Below, one piece after another: positions 1 to 19,578 of a stretch of DNA of 64,000 bases (positions are counted from its first letter, which is position 1; every line of letters starts with the position of its first letter). Origin of the DNA: the human T2T-CHM13v2.0 reference genome, Homo sapiens. The stretch lies in assembly GCF_009914755.1 (NCBI RefSeq), contig NC_060939.1; one strand, 5' to 3'. Both the position numbers and the translations under genes were made by a program. The notes beneath the pieces are model-generated. The model did not search any database. It was not told the DNA's origin and worked only from the letters and a program-made list of their open reading frames with translations.

Positions 1-599
1 GCTCTGGAGAAATATGAGATGCTCAAAGTTCAAAAAAGAAACTCATAAATTTGAACAAACTTCTTTCTTAAGTAGATTTCCTAGTAGTCACAATCTAAGC
101 AGAAGATTATAGAAAAAATACCTCTTTAGTGATCTTTACCTCTTTGAAATGTTACAACAACTTCTCTTTTAATTCCACCATCAAAAACAGCGGTGTGTGG
201 TAGACATGTAATTCTCAATGGAGGCTGTGTTTCTTTTAGAGGTTTAGAAATTCTGGCCCATTGTTGCCATTGTGCCTCTGCACCACTTTGGCCCCAAAGT
301 GTGAATTTTCCAAGTCCCCTAACCATTGCTTGCTATTTCTAGAGAAATTCGTACACGAAACTGGAAAACAAGTAAATTTTTGTCCAGTCTTCTGCTACCT
401 TTCTGGCCTTTCTACTAGCATCTTTCCTCATTCACCCTCATCTATTAAAATTTAATCCAGGAAAAGACCTAAAAACTCATTCACATTTGCCATAAATGAA
501 GTATTAAGGCTATGGTAACTCTCATAAGTTACAATACTTATTCTACAATGATAATTTTAAGCCTTAATTTAATTATAAGCCTGTAAAATCAAATGACTG

Positions 600-810
600 A
601 TAGGCAGTACGTGAAGTGGTTATGAGTTCAGACTCTGTGGCCAAAATTTCTTGAATTTCAATTTATAGTCTAGCACTGATCAGTTATGTGGCTTTAGGAA
701 AATTACTTAATCAACTTATATTGTGGTTTTGTCACTTATAAAAATGAAGATGATAATAAAAGTCACCTGTCACATAAAAGGATTACTCATTTATGAGAGT
801 AAGGCAGTTA
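600..810 (+). mobile_element. MIR (ancient SINE), degraded
   Basis: MIR core-like text: agtggttatgagttcagactctg ... tgtggctttaggaaaattacttaatc ... cttataaaaatgaagatgataata. Confidence 0.6.
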
Positions 811-1072
811 ATAGAGCCTTAGCTCTCTTAAGTTAACACACTTTATCAAGTACATATTTCAAACTGAAGATTTTCCCAGGTTGAACATGAACTATTAAAT
901 TAAAATTTGAGCAATGAATTAAAAGAAACAGCCACTATAACTTGGCCCTTGCTCCCACAGCTTAGACCATCTCATCCAGAAACAAAAATATCTTGTCACG
1001 TTTTAGCGTCAGATATAAAAAGCGTATTTCAAATATTTAGAGATAAATAAAATATATAATACACTTTCAAGC

Positions 1073-7275
<6,203 letters not shown>

Positions 7276-7850
7276 GTTACATAACCATGCTGCTCTGTCA
7301 TCCCACTACTAGATGTTTATCAAAGAGAAATAAAATCCTATATCCGAACAAATACTTGTATATAAATGTTCATAGCAGCTGTATTTATAATAGCCAAATA
7401 CTGAGAACAATACAAATAGCCACCAAAAGATGAATGGATAAACAAATCATATTATATTCCTACTATGGAGGACTACTATTCAGCAATACAAAGGAAGAGA
7501 TTATTAATACATGTAACAACATGAATGAATCTCAGAATAATTATGTGGAATAAAAAATGTTAGTTGAAAAACAGCATGCACTCTATATAATTTCATTTAT
7601 GTAAAATTCTAGAAAATTGCATTCTAACCTATAGTGACAAAAATTACATAAATGATTGCCTGTGGGTTGGTGGCAAGAAGGAATTACAAAAAAAGCATAA
7701 GGAACTTTTGAGAGAGATAGATGTTTTTTTACCTCGAGTTGTAATGGTTTTACAGATTTATACATACGTCAAAACTCATCAAATTTTACACTTTAAATAT
7801 ATGCAATTTATTGTACACCAATTAGATCTCAAAAAGCTGAAAAAACATGT
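7276..7850 (+). mobile_element. Old L1M (L1MC/ME-like) 3' UTR
   Basis: aaatgttcatagcagctgtatttataatagcc ... catcaaattttacactttaaatatatgcaatttattgtac. Confidence 0.75.
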
Positions 7851-9360
7851 AATTATTTGAAACAAAAGTCATGACACTATATAATGTGAGGCTATTATTT
7901 ATGTAGATATATTTGACAATAGCAAAAAAGACACGGGGGTGTATATGTAACTATACTGCTCCAAGGTCCTACATTTTAAGTTAAGTAGGACAATATTAAC
8001 TTTAGATAGTATTTTGATAATTTAAGAATGCATTTTGCAAGCATTAAAGCAGCCTCAAAAAATACAAAAGTGGTATAGGTAAATAGCCAATAGAGGAATT
8101 AAAATAGAATGACAAAAATATTCAATTAACCAAAAGAAGACAGGGAAAACAAAGAACAGATGGGATAAATCTCAAAACAAATAGAAACTAGTAGAAATAA
8201 GATTAATCATATCAATAATTACATTAAATGTAAGTGAAGTAACACTTCAAATTAAAGTGAAGAGATTGTCATCCTGAATAAAAAAACAAGACTCAACTAC
8301 AGATTGTTTACAAAAAGTATATAAGAATATGAACTAGTTATATGTAAAATGATGAGAAAAGATACGATGTGAACCATAAGCATAGGAAAACTGAAGTGTC
8401 TATATTAAGATTAAACAAAATGAACTCAAAAAAAGAGAATTATCACAGCTACAAAGGAACATTTTATAATGGTTAAAGGAAAAACCTAATAAAAGTATAT
8501 TTGCTCAATAATTTAAAAATGGATACAGCAAAAATCAATAACATTAAAGGGAGAAATAGATAATTCTAAAATTATATTTTAATATCCCCTCTGAGTAATT
8601 AATAGAACTAAATAAAATATCAATAAAGATATAGAACTAGGGTGAGCAAAATTTTTCTATAAAAAGCAAGTCAGTATTGTAGGATTTTCAGGCCAATGTA
8701 GTCTCTGTCACATATTCTTTATTTTGTTTTACGTTTTTGTTTTTTACAACCCTTAAAAATGCAAAAACCATTCTAAGTTCATAGAATGTATAAAAACATG
8801 CTACACACCAGATTTAATCCACAGGCTACAGTTAGCTGACTTGATACAGAAGATCTGAATAATACTATTAGCCACCTTGATCTAATTGAGATTTTTTTTA
8901 ACTGCAGATATACATTCTTCTCAAGTGTACATGGAATGTTCACCAAGACAGACCACATTCTGAACCATAAAACAAGTCTCAACACGTTGCAAAAGATCAT
9001 ACAGAGTATGCCCTCAGACCACAGTAGTTTTTTTTTAATTAGACATCAGTAATTTTAAGATATCTAGAAAGGTCCCAAACATTTGGAAATTAAACAATAC
9101 TTTTCTAAATAACCCTACTTTGACCTACTAATGGGTCAAAGTAGGAATTACAGTAAATGTTAGAAAATTTTTAATTAAGTGATAAAATACAACATATCTA
9201 AATACAACACACTTAAAGCAGTGCTTAGGGAAATTTAATCTTTAATTGCTTATGTGAAAAAAGAAGAAAGAGAATGATTTAAAGAACAAGCAAAATATAA
9301 ATAATTGGTAGGTAAAGGATATATGGGAGTTGTTAATGCTATTCTTACCACTTTTCTGTT
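7850..9360 (+). mobile_element. Old L1M inter-ORF/ORF2 5' fragment
   Basis: catatcaataattacattaaatgtaa; acattcttctcaagtgtacatggaatgttcaccaagacagaccacattctg. Confidence 0.75.
8637..8843. mobile_element. MER58 (MER58C-like) hAT MITE
   Basis: gggtgagcaaaatttttctataaa ... tttacaacccttaaaaatgcaaaaaccattct. 8-bp TSD atatagaa (8629-8636) / atacagaa (8844-8851). Confidence 0.7.
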
Positions 9361-9824
9361 ACTTAAAAAGAAAATGGAAAGTTCACAAAATACTCTCAAT
9401 TTAGTTATTCATATGTGAGGGTGAGAAGTCAAAACAGATAAACAAAATTGGCTCAAGATAGTAGACTATTACTCTTTCTATCAGAAATCCCTAGAAATAG
9501 CCCCCCACCCCCCATAACAATATATACGAAGTTTTGGTAAAACACTGAGGATGACAGCAAACAAGAAAATTTCCTGTAACTAATAAAAGATAGAAATCAT
9601 ATTGGATGATATATACTGCGATAAGAATATAGAAAACCACAGTTAAAATAGTGATGCTCTAAATTCAAAATTCTCAGATCTGAAGAAGAATAATTAACTA
9701 ATTAAATAATTCTAGAATCAGATTAACTAAAGAATAACTTCCCAAAGAGTAGGCTGGGTAGGTTAATTCCTCCTCTTCCTTGGCCTATATCAAGGTATAG
9801 GTTAGAAAGGTATTTCCCTCTGCA

Positions 9825-9940
9825 TTAGTGGTTTGTAACATTGCCTGCACATGAAATCATCTGAGGCACTGAGGAACTTTAAACATTACTAAGCCTAGAT
9901 TCTGATTTAACCAGTCAGACACGAGACCTGAGCATTAGAC
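9825..9940. mobile_element. MER5-family hAT fragment
   Basis: agtggtttgtaacattgcctgcacatgaaatcatctg ... agattctgatttaa. Confidence 0.45.
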
Positions 9941-10628
9941 TTATGTTTGGTATTAAAGAAATAGCATAAACAGGAGAGAAATAAACTCGCCTTACAAAGC
10001 TTATTAATGTAGAGTAACTGAGGACTTTGGTCCTGGCACAAGAATTTGGACGTGGCTCAAAGGAACAGAAAAGAATATTAAAATGTAAATGAATTGGTAT
10101 TTCAAGTAGGCTCTAAGTGGACTATTTAATAAACGGATCATTTGGAAAAAAAAAACCCATCATATTGGAATACAACTATGCTGTTTATAACAAAGAGTTA
10201 AATTTATATGGAAATTTAAAAATACTAGAAAAATACAGGTAGGTATTTTTATAATCTTAGTTAAGTCTTCACAAACACACCACAAAACTGAAACCCTAAA
10301 GAAAACATAATTTAAATGAACAAAATAAAAAATGTAAATTTATCTATAGAGACAATACATATTAACCAGTTAGCAATACAAGTAAAAGTGAGAATATATG
10401 TAGTATACATAAAGACAAAAAGGATAAACATTTTAAAAAATCATTATTTTGTAACAGGCAAATGGAAAAAGGACTTAAGTGTGTACCACTATAACATCAA
10501 TCTATAAATCAAATGTTATTTTAAGGCCCTCACCAAAAACATAAATCATTAGAAAATTCTGCCTAATAAATAAATTAATTGATTTTTGCTACCTATTCCA
10601 TTTGGCAGTATACAGAAACTTTACTTAC

Positions 10629-10766
10629 TAGTTGATATATGTTCTTGACTGTCTGCAATTCTTTCCTTTACTGATTTTGCAGGTGCTTTTTTGCTACCAT
10701 GAATGGTGGTTGTGGAGAGTTCTTTCAGTTTCCAGTGGATCCAAAAGCCTTTTTGAGGTTTTAAAC
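10629..10766 (-). CDS. FAM227B: Internal coding exon (138 bp, phase 1 to 1), FAM227B-like
   Basis: Minus strand reads tattaacag|GTTTAAAACCT...TCAACTA|gtaagt (consensus donor). Continues the frame of the upstream exon: (G)[45 protein letters not shown]. Intron 10767-44087 is 33,321 bp. Confidence 0.85.
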
Positions 10767-10839
10767 CTGTTAATATAAAATACATATTTAGCCAAATAAA
10801 TTTGGATTTTGAAAATACCTTTTAATTTGTCAAAGCATT

Positions 10840-11035
10840 TTTATGATAATTATACATTTCATCCTCACAACAAAAAAGTTCCTTTTTTGTTCCTTTTAAG
10901 CTGCGTAGGATTAGATAAGTCATCTAACCACTCTAAACATCTGTATCCTCAGCAATAAAAATGAGAATAACATAAATTATTTTGAAATATATGTTACAGT
11001 GTTGGTAAATGGGAAAGTATGACACAAATATGAAC
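10840..11035. mobile_element. MIR fragments
   Basis: atttcatcctcacaac; agataagtcatctaaccactctaaacatctgtatcctcagcaataaaaatgagaataa. Confidence 0.5.
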
Positions 11036-11281
11036 TAATATTATTATTAATATTATATGTTAACAATAATTATGACTATAACATGCTCATAAATGTAGCC
11101 AATATTTTCTCAGCGGTGAGTGTTCAATGAGGGTTATTCACTAGACTGAGCCATCAAATTGTAATTTTCTAAATGTTTTTAGATACAGTTATCACTTATT
11201 TAGCAGACTTCAGTTTGATTCACTTGAGTGCTTCTAGATAGATTGCCTATGTTTTAAAATATTGTGCATTAATAGAAAAAT

Positions 11282-11802
11282 TGAAGTATAGTAAGGCCAA
11301 CAGATCAGCAGATTGCGTTTATAAAGATGGTTTATTACTCACAGTTCCCAAGAGTAGGGGGATGTCATGCCACAGGGGGCCACATGGGCAAGCCCTGGGG
11401 CCAGTCAGGAGGCAGAGAAAGAGGGGAGAACTGTGGGGGAGAGTCTTTATTGTGCTTTCCTTAGGAAGGAAGAGGCAAGGCAAGAAGGCCTATGATTGAC
11501 TAGTTTAAATAATTTCAGTAGGCTTTAGTGCATAGGAGCTACCCCTATCTGGTACCTAGTCCTGGGATGATTTGGGCAGGTGGATAGTGACCCAGAGTGT
11601 AACAGCCAAATAAAGGAAATGGTTGTGTGTGACCTCTGAATTGGTTGGTTTGTTTAAAAATCAAAAAGCATTTAAAAAACATGCTCATGGGCAAGTTGCC
11701 TCTAGGAATTAACTAACCCTAGGAAGTGCAGTCCTTCTAGGGTCATCAAGGTCCCAGATGTCAAAGTATCAGAATATAGAAAATAAAATACATGGTTAAT
11801 AC
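11282..11802 (-). mobile_element. Solo ERVL-class LTR (LTR47/LTR53-like)
   Basis: ~520 bp GC-richer block. The minus strand starts gtattaaccatgtattttattttctatattctgatactttgacatctggg, resembling my recollection of these LTRs. Family uncertain. Confidence 0.55.
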
Positions 11803-12319
11803 TGTCCAGTATTGCATAAACCCTACTTGGTCCTGATATATAAAGAGAGAGAGGGATTACTATGTACCAAACTATGTGCTTGACACAAGGGGCGCAAAAG
11901 TCATTTCAATCTAGTCCCTGTCTGCCATCAAGGCAGACGTGAAATTATTTAACATGGTGCCTGATCCCTAGTAAGCACTTAATATAAGTTACTTTCACTG
12001 TTACTTTTTTTTTTTTTTGCAAATTAGCCACTGGTTGATATCTGACTACATTCCAACATTATTTACAAGTTTTAATTCAAATTGGTCACAAAACATGAAT
12101 TGTTCCAAAGAATGACATTAATATAGAGCCACAACACTCGAAATTTATCTTTTCACATTGCCAGTTTTAAAAAACTAAACTCTAGTAGGATCTATTCAAG
12201 TATTTCCTAGGAAATTGTTATCCTACAGGATTTAGAAACAAATGGCCCATAAAATAAAGGAGCTAAAAACCTAAAATGTCTTTGCAATTATTTGGTAACT
12301 TACATATATTCTAATTTTC

Positions 12320-13848
12320 ATTTTTCATTTTATAAAATTTATACAGACATACAATTTAAAGAGTGAAATTATATGTGAAACTATTTGTTTAATTTCCAAA
12401 GTCCCATAGTTCCTCACACATCCCCAAGACCATATCTTGCTTCCCAGAAACAACTATCTTTATCTGGGACCCATAACCATAGCACACACAAAAAAGGGCT
12501 ATATTGTTACATTTTGATGTATTAATTTTAGGCATTCTATTGACGTCCAACTAGGGAAGATAAAGATTTAACGATCTTTCACCATCCTATCCCATTATCA
12601 CCACATACAAGCTAACTTTCTATTCTTTACATAATATCAACTGTTATAATTTTCATTGTGTGAATATCAGCATTTACATTATTGTAACTATGTAAAATCT
12701 TGTTGACAGCTGAACCAGTTTTCTCTTTTTGAATATAGAGAATAATGTGGACAATTGAGACTTTAAAAATGAATCTGCTATACTTATTTTCTTAAGAAAA
12801 TTTTTTTATCTGAAGTTAATAATTGTTGGATGTTTTTGTTTTCTTATGTTCTATGTACTTATAATTAACTTAGCTCCAAACTGCTCCCCCCACTATTGTC
12901 TAAATTGCCTTTGAATACATTCAGATGCATTAGAGATGCTTTCAGTTTAATATTCTTGGAGACATCTCTCCCAAAGCCTGCCAATGTGCTCGAATCTGAA
13001 CAAATTTTTTCATTAGGCCTGTGCAGTTATCATTTAGGGAGCTCCCTTCACCAGTATTTTGGAGATTCAATTTACATGTCTCATGTGTTAAAGCCTCCAT
13101 TTCTTGACTCTCATCTTAACCTCTTCATTAATTTACGCCTTATTTTGGTGGTTTTTTTTCTCCAATAACTTGATGAGAAAAGATGTATATAAGTTAACAA
13201 TGCCTTCAGTTCATCTTTACACTTACTTGACAAATTGGTTGGGTCTAGGGTCCTAGGTTATAAATAATTTTCCCTTAGAATTTGTAAGACATTGTTCCAT
13301 TCTCTTCCATCTTTCAAAGCTGCTGTTAAGAGGGATGATACAATTCTGTTTCTTAATCTTTCTGTTCTCTGGAAGTTTTTTTTTTTTAGCATTTTCTTTT
13401 TGTTCTCTGGGTTCTGAGGACTCACAATTTACTGTGGCATACAGCAATTTTTATCCATTGTCCTAAGCACTAGATAACCTCTTTCAAACTAGAAACTCAA
13501 GTTTTTCAAGCATGGAAAACTTTTTGAAGTAATTCTTTGATTATTTCTTTGCTTTCTCTCTGTTTTCTCTTTTTGAATATAATATAGAGAATTGAGATGT
13601 CAAAAACAAAAAGGCTTCTGAAGGGTTAGTTTCTTCCCATTTGAGATGGATGCTTAAACAGATCACTGTGGTCTTCAGTCTTTATTCTTTTTTGAAAATA
13701 CACATTAAAGGCCATAAATTACCTTCCAAGAACCTTAGCTATCATCTTATATATTTTGAGACATAGTATTTATTCTTGTCAACTTGTTCAAAACTAGTTT
13801 CCATTTCTCTAATTTCCATTATGATATCTTCTTTGAAGATTGAGTTAG
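12320..13848 (-). mobile_element. Ancient L1ME-like remnants
   Basis: T-rich antisense L1 texture (ataattttcccttagaatttgtaagacattgttccattctcttcc). Boundaries vague. Confidence 0.5.
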
Positions 13849-13864
13849 TAGGCACATATTTCTT

Positions 13865-14445
13865 ATTTTATTTTTTCATTAACTTTTAAGTTCCAGGGAA
13901 CATGTGTGGATGTGCAGGTTTGTTATATAGATAAACGTGTACTATGATGATTTGCTGCACAGATCCCCATCACCTAGGTACTAAGCCCAGCAACCATTAG
14001 CTATTCTTCCTGATGCTCTCCCTCCCTCTGCATCCCCAATAGGCCCTAGTGTGTGTTGTTCCCCTGCATATGTCCTTGTGTTCTTATCGTTCAGCTCCCA
14101 CTTATAAGTGAGAACATGCAGTGTTTGGTTTTCTGTTCCTGGGTTAGTTCAGGAAAACAGCTTCCAGATGCATCCATATCCTTGCAAAGGACATTATCTC
14201 GTTCCTTTCTGTGGTTGCATAGCATTCCATGGTGTATATGTACCGCATATCCTTTATCCAGCCTATTACTGATGGGCATTTGGGTTGATTCTATGTCTTT
14301 GCTATAGTTAACAGTACTGCAATGAACACACATGTACATGTCTTTGTAACAGAATGATTTATATTTCTTTGGGTACGTACCCAGTGATCACAATGCCTCT
14401 CCAGCAAGGGAACAGAACTGGGTGGGGGCTCAGATAGATGAGCAT
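13865..14445 (-). mobile_element. Short L1PA (~PA8-13) 3' end with an inverted 56-bp ORF1-start fragment
   Basis: Antisense 3' UTR at 13865-14385, then sense gatcacaatgcctctccagcaagggaacagaactggg at 14386-14441. Flanked by gtta(g/t)taggcacatatttctt at 13844-13864 and 14446-14466. Confidence 0.8.
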
Positions 14446-14466
14446 GTTATTAGGCACATATTTCTT

Positions 14467-14538
14467 TTTATTATTATTATACTCTCAGTTCTGGGGTACA
14501 TGTGCAGAACATGCAGGTTTGTTACATAGTTACACACG
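14467..14538 (-). mobile_element. Very short L1PA 3' end (~70 bp)
   Basis: ttattattatactctcagttctggggtacatgtgcagaacatgcaggtttgttacatag. TSD taggcacatattt at 14451-14463 and 14539-14551. Confidence 0.8.
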
Positions 14539-14984
14539 TAGGCACATATTTTTAATTTTCAACTTACATAAAGACTTCCTATTTTTTGATCATAGTTTCT
14601 AATGCATTGCATTCAATGAATGATTCCATATGATTTAAATCTCTTGAAAGCTGGAAGTATTTGATTTTTGGCTGAATATAAAAAGAATTTTTATAAATAT
14701 TTTGTGTTTGAAAGTAATGTATATTTTTCAATTGTAGTGTTCTATATGTATACATTACTTCATGTTTGTTAATCATGTTATTTAAATCGTTTATACCTGT
14801 CCTAGGTTTCATTTTTTTGCTCGCTTCTTCTATTAATTACTAAGAGTTGTACATTTCTTTCTGAATTATTTTTTGTCCCTTATCATTACCCACAATCTTC
14901 CAGAATTATTATGGCTATGCCAATAATTGAGATGATGTTCTTAGATTCATACGAATTCTTCGATAAGGTGCCTATTCAAATATT

Positions 14985-16984
14985 TATTTTTTTAATTATT
15001 TATTTATTTAACTTTACATTCTGGGATACATGTGCAGAATGTGCAGGTTTGTTACATAGGTATACATGTGCCATGGTGGTTTGCTGCACCTATGAACCTG
15101 TCACCTAGGTTTTAAGCCCTGCATGCATTAGCTATTTGTCCTGATACTCTGCCTTCTCTCACCTCACCCTCTCCCCACTCGACAGGCCCTGGTGTGTGTT
15201 TTTCTCCTCCCTGTGTCCACGTGTTCTCATTGTTCAACTCCCACTTATGAGTGAGAACATGAGTTGCTTGGTTTTCTATTCCTGTGTTAGTTTGCTGAGG
15301 ATGATGGCTTCTAGCTTCATCCATGTCCCTGCAGAGGGCATGATCTGATTCTTTTTCGTGGCTGCATAGTATTCCATGGTGTATATGTAACACAAAATTT
15401 TCTTTATCCGGTCTATCATTGATGGACATTTGGGTTGGTTTCATGTCTTTGATATTGTGAATAGTGCTGCAATAAACATACATGTGCATGTATCTTTATA
15501 ATAGAATGATTTATATTCCTTTGGGTATATATCTAGCAATGGAATTGCTGGATCAAATGGTATTTCTGATTCTAGATCCTTGAGGAATAGCCACACTGCC
15601 TTCCACAATGGTTGAACTAATTTCCATTCCCACCAACAATGTAAAAGTGTTCCTATTTCTCCACAGCCTCACCAACATCTGTTGTTTCTTGACTTTCTAA
15701 TAACCACCATTCTGACTGGTGTGAGATGGTATCTTACTGTGGCTTTGATTTGCATTTCTCTAATGATCAGTGATGTTGAGCTTTTTTTGATACATTTGTT
15801 GGCCACATAAATATCTTCTTTTGAGAAGTGTCTGTTCATATCCTTTGCCCACTTTTTGATGGGGTTGTTTTTTTCTTGTAAATTTGTTTAAGTTCCTTGT
15901 ACATTCTGGATATTAAACCTTTGTCAGATAGGTAGCTTGCAAAAATTTTCTCCCGTTCTGTAGGTTGCCTGTTTGCTCTGATGATCTCTTGCTGTGCAGA
16001 AGTTCTTTAGTTTAATTAGATCCCATTTGTCAATTTCAGCTTTTGTTGCAATTGCTTTTGGCAATTTCATCATTAAATCTTTGCCCATGCCTATGTCCTG
16101 AATGGTATTACCTAGGTTTTCTTCTAGGGTTTTTACGGTTTTTGGTTTTATGTTTAAGTCTTTAATCCATCTTGAGTTATATTTTTATATAAGGTATAAG
16201 GAAGGGGTCCAGTTTTAGTTTTCTGCATATGGCTAGCCAGTTTCCCCAGCACCTTATTAAATAGGGAATCCTTTCCCCATCGCTTGTTTTTGTCAGGTTT
16301 GCCAAAGATCAGATAGTTGTAGATGTGTGGTCTTATTTCTGAGGTCTCTATTCTGTTCCACTGGTCTATATGTCTGTTTTGGTACCAGTACTTTGCTGTT
16401 TTGGTTACTGTAACCTTGTAGGATAGTTTGAAGTCAGGTAGTGTGATGCCTCCAGCTTTGTTCTTTTTGCTTAGGAAGGCCTTGGCTATGTGGGCTCTTT
16501 TTTTGGTTCCATCTGAATTTTAAAGTAGTTTTTGCTAATTCTGTGAAGAATGTCAATGGTAGTTTGATGGAAATAGAATTACATTTATAAATTACTTTGG
16601 GCAGTATGGCCATTTTCACGATATTGATTTTTCCTATCCATGAGGATAGAATGTTTTTCCATTTGTTTGTGTCCTCTCTTATTTCCATGAGCAGTGGTTT
16701 GCAGCTCTCCTTGAAGAGGTCTTTCATGTCCCTTGTTAGCTGTATTCCTAGGTATTTTATTCTCTTTGTAGCAGTTGTGAATGGGAGTTTATTCATGATT
16801 TGGCTCTTTGCTTGTCTATTGTTAATGTATAGGAATGCTTGTGATGTTTGTATATTGATTTTGTATTCTAAGACTTTGCTGAAGTTACTTATCAGCTTAA
16901 GGAGTTTTGGGGCTGAGACTATGTGGTTTTCTAAATATAGGGTCATGTTATCTGCAACAGATACGACTTCCTCTCTTCCTACTC
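14985..16984 (-). mobile_element. 5'-truncated L1PA7/8-like (~2 kb) inside an older L1M (~14552-17440)
   Basis: ORF2 peptide [28 protein letters not shown]... and 3' UTR gttttaagccctgcatgcattag. Degenerate TSD attcaaatattt / atttaaatattt. Confidence 0.88.
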
Positions 16985-17439
16985 CATTTAAATATTTCAC
17001 CCATTTTTAAATTGAGATGTTTGATTTCTTTTCAGTGAATTTTCAGCTCTTCATATGTCTCAATACCAATCTTTTATTATAAATATGATACGCCAGTGTT
17101 TTCTTCCAGGCTGTGAATTTTCTTTTCATTTCTATTAACAGTGCCTTCTGAGTAACAGAAGTTCTTAATTTTGATTAAATCCAATTTGTCAAGATTTTTC
17201 TTTTATGCACTATGCTTTTGATGTCTTAGCTAAGAAATTGTGCCTAACCTATTGTCACAAAAATTTCTTTCATGCTTTCTTCCAAAAGTTTTATAGTTTT
17301 AAGTTTTACACTTAGGGCTATAATCCATTTCAGTTAATTTTTGCATAGGTTAGAAGATTTGAATCAAAGTTTATTTTTCAACTTATGAATAGCCACGAGC
17401 TCCAGGACAAATTTTTGAAAAGACCACTCTTTTCCATTT

Positions 17440-19010
17440 AGGAAGATCTCAGCCATTACCTTCTCAAATATTTCTTTTATAATATATTCTCTCTTTTCTC
17501 CTTTAGGGATTCCAATTACATATATGCCTGACAGTTTGAGGTTGTCTTACAGGTCTTGGATGCTCTGTTCTGTATTTTTCACTCTTTTTTCTCTCTGTGT
17601 TTCAGTTTGGGTAATTTCTCTGATCTATGTTCAAGTTAATGGATTCTTTCCTTGGGTGTGACAAGTTTATGTGATAAGTTTGTCAATGACATTCTTCATC
17701 TCTGTTCATGTGTTTCTCATTTGATCCTCTTAGAGTTTTCAATGTCTCTGCTGAAATTACACATCTAAGTATGCATGTTGCGTACCTTTTCCACTAAAGC
17801 CTTTCACATATTAATTATGGTTATTTCAAATTTCCTGTCTGATATTCCAATCTATGAGCCTTACCTGAAACTGATTCTGTTGATTGCTTTTTCGCTTGAC
17901 AGTGTTTTCTTTTTCTATGGCTTTTTTGCATACCTTATAATTTTTGTTGAAGACCAAATATATTATGCAGTGTAGTAAAGATGAGGTAAGTAGTTTTAAC
18001 GCCTGAAAATGGGCTGCTTCTTTTGCTCAAATTTAGTGTGAGAAACTGACCAAATCTAGTCTAGAATGAACTGTGTTTATGTTTTCTTGTTGCTATTATT
18101 ACTTTTAGTACTGCATATGCTTCAAATTCCTCTTAGGATGGGAACTATTATTCCAGAAGTGTTTTGTTGTGTTTGTCTGTTTGTCTATCAACTTTAGATC
18201 TTCTCTTTGTGCCTTCTTCTCAAAAACAGTATTTTTATACACTACTTTCCCCTCTCTCAGAAATAAACTGCTGATATTTGTTAGTTGATGTTTGTTAGAT
18301 GGGTGGCAATGGGATATCCTCCGTTGCCCTGAATCAGCTCAGTGATGGGCTATGTTCCTGTGTCTTGGAATGGGGTCTTCTCAATGATCCAGAGTTGCTC
18401 CAGCTGTAGCACACCTCTAATATTTTGGATCTGGTATGTAGTCCTGGCCTCACAAGTAGAGGGTTTTTTCTCTGCTTCTTTCTTGTAGGTAAATCAGGTC
18501 TTCACCAGTTCTTTAAGGACAATAGGGTTTGCTGTCCCCATGCCAAGACTTAAAAAAATTTTTTTATTGTTATTTTTTACATAGAGTAGGGGCTTTATCC
18601 CTTTCCTTCAGTGACTGCTCTTCCATTCTCCCAGACATTCTCAGGATTGTCACACTATCCCTAAGCTTTCTTATGAGGTCCATGGTGTAAAACATAAATG
18701 TAGGGCAACTTCTCTTTTATCCGCACACTAACCTATGCTCAGCTTTTAGCAATTCACTAAAAATTTCTGCTAAATTGTTATTACTTGATTTTATGGCAAA
18801 GTACTGCATCTCCTCCAGGTAAACAAGGCTTGCATCCCCTCTCTGCTTGGTGGCTACTTTTTAAAAATAGATTTTGGATTGGTGCCTACAACTTCTGATG
18901 GGTTCAGGAAAGGTTTTGAAATTGCAGATAGTTCAGTGATTTTTGGTAGAAGGGAGGGAGCAATATATTTTTAGCTATCTAAATCCTAGGCAGAAGCCAT
19001 AAGTAATGGC
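17440..19010 (-). mobile_element. Old L1M ORF1/5' UTR region
   Basis: Antisense ORF1 text (ctcagccattaccttctcaaatatttc; gggattccaattacatatatg). Confidence 0.6.
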
Positions 19011-19109
19011 ACAGGTTTTAATTTTACTTTTTGTAAGGCTGGGATGTGGAATTCAGTCATAAAGGTTGTGACATAGTCTAGCCAGTTATACAAAACCTTA
19101 ATGTGTCTC

Positions 19110-19578
19110 TGTGGTGGGCAGAGGCAGTCTTCAAAATCACCCATGTTCTAATCCCCCAAAACTATGAATATGTCTTGTTATATGGTGAAGGGGACTTAAG
19201 GGAGAAGACAGAATTAAGTTTGCTAATTGGCTGACCATAAAATAGGGTGATTATATTGTTCAGGCAGGCTCATTGAATTCACAAGAATCCTTAAATGTGG
19301 AAGAGAAAGGCAAAGCAGTCAGTGTCAAAGTGATGTGATATGAGATCAGACACTTATGACTCTGAAAATGGAAAAGGGCTATAAGGCAAATGCAGAGAGC
19401 TTTTAGAAGCTACAAAGAAACAGATTCTCCCAAAAAGCCTCTAAAGGAACACATCTCTGTCAATATCTTGATTTTACTCCAGTTGGACTTCTAACTTCCA
19501 GAACTGTAAGATATACATTTGTGTTGTTATAAATCACTAAATGGCAACTTGTTAAAGCAGCAATAGAAAACTAATACA
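19110..19578 (+). mobile_element. MLT1 (MLT1D-like) solo LTR
   Basis: tgtggtgggcaga ... gcagcaatagaaaactaataca. 5-bp TSD gtctc / gcctc. Confidence 0.8.

Noticed and set aside
126-455. 66-aa and 64-aa ORFs in the unique sequence at the window start
   Set aside because: Short, no recognisable domain and no convincing splice context; consistent with chance ORFs.
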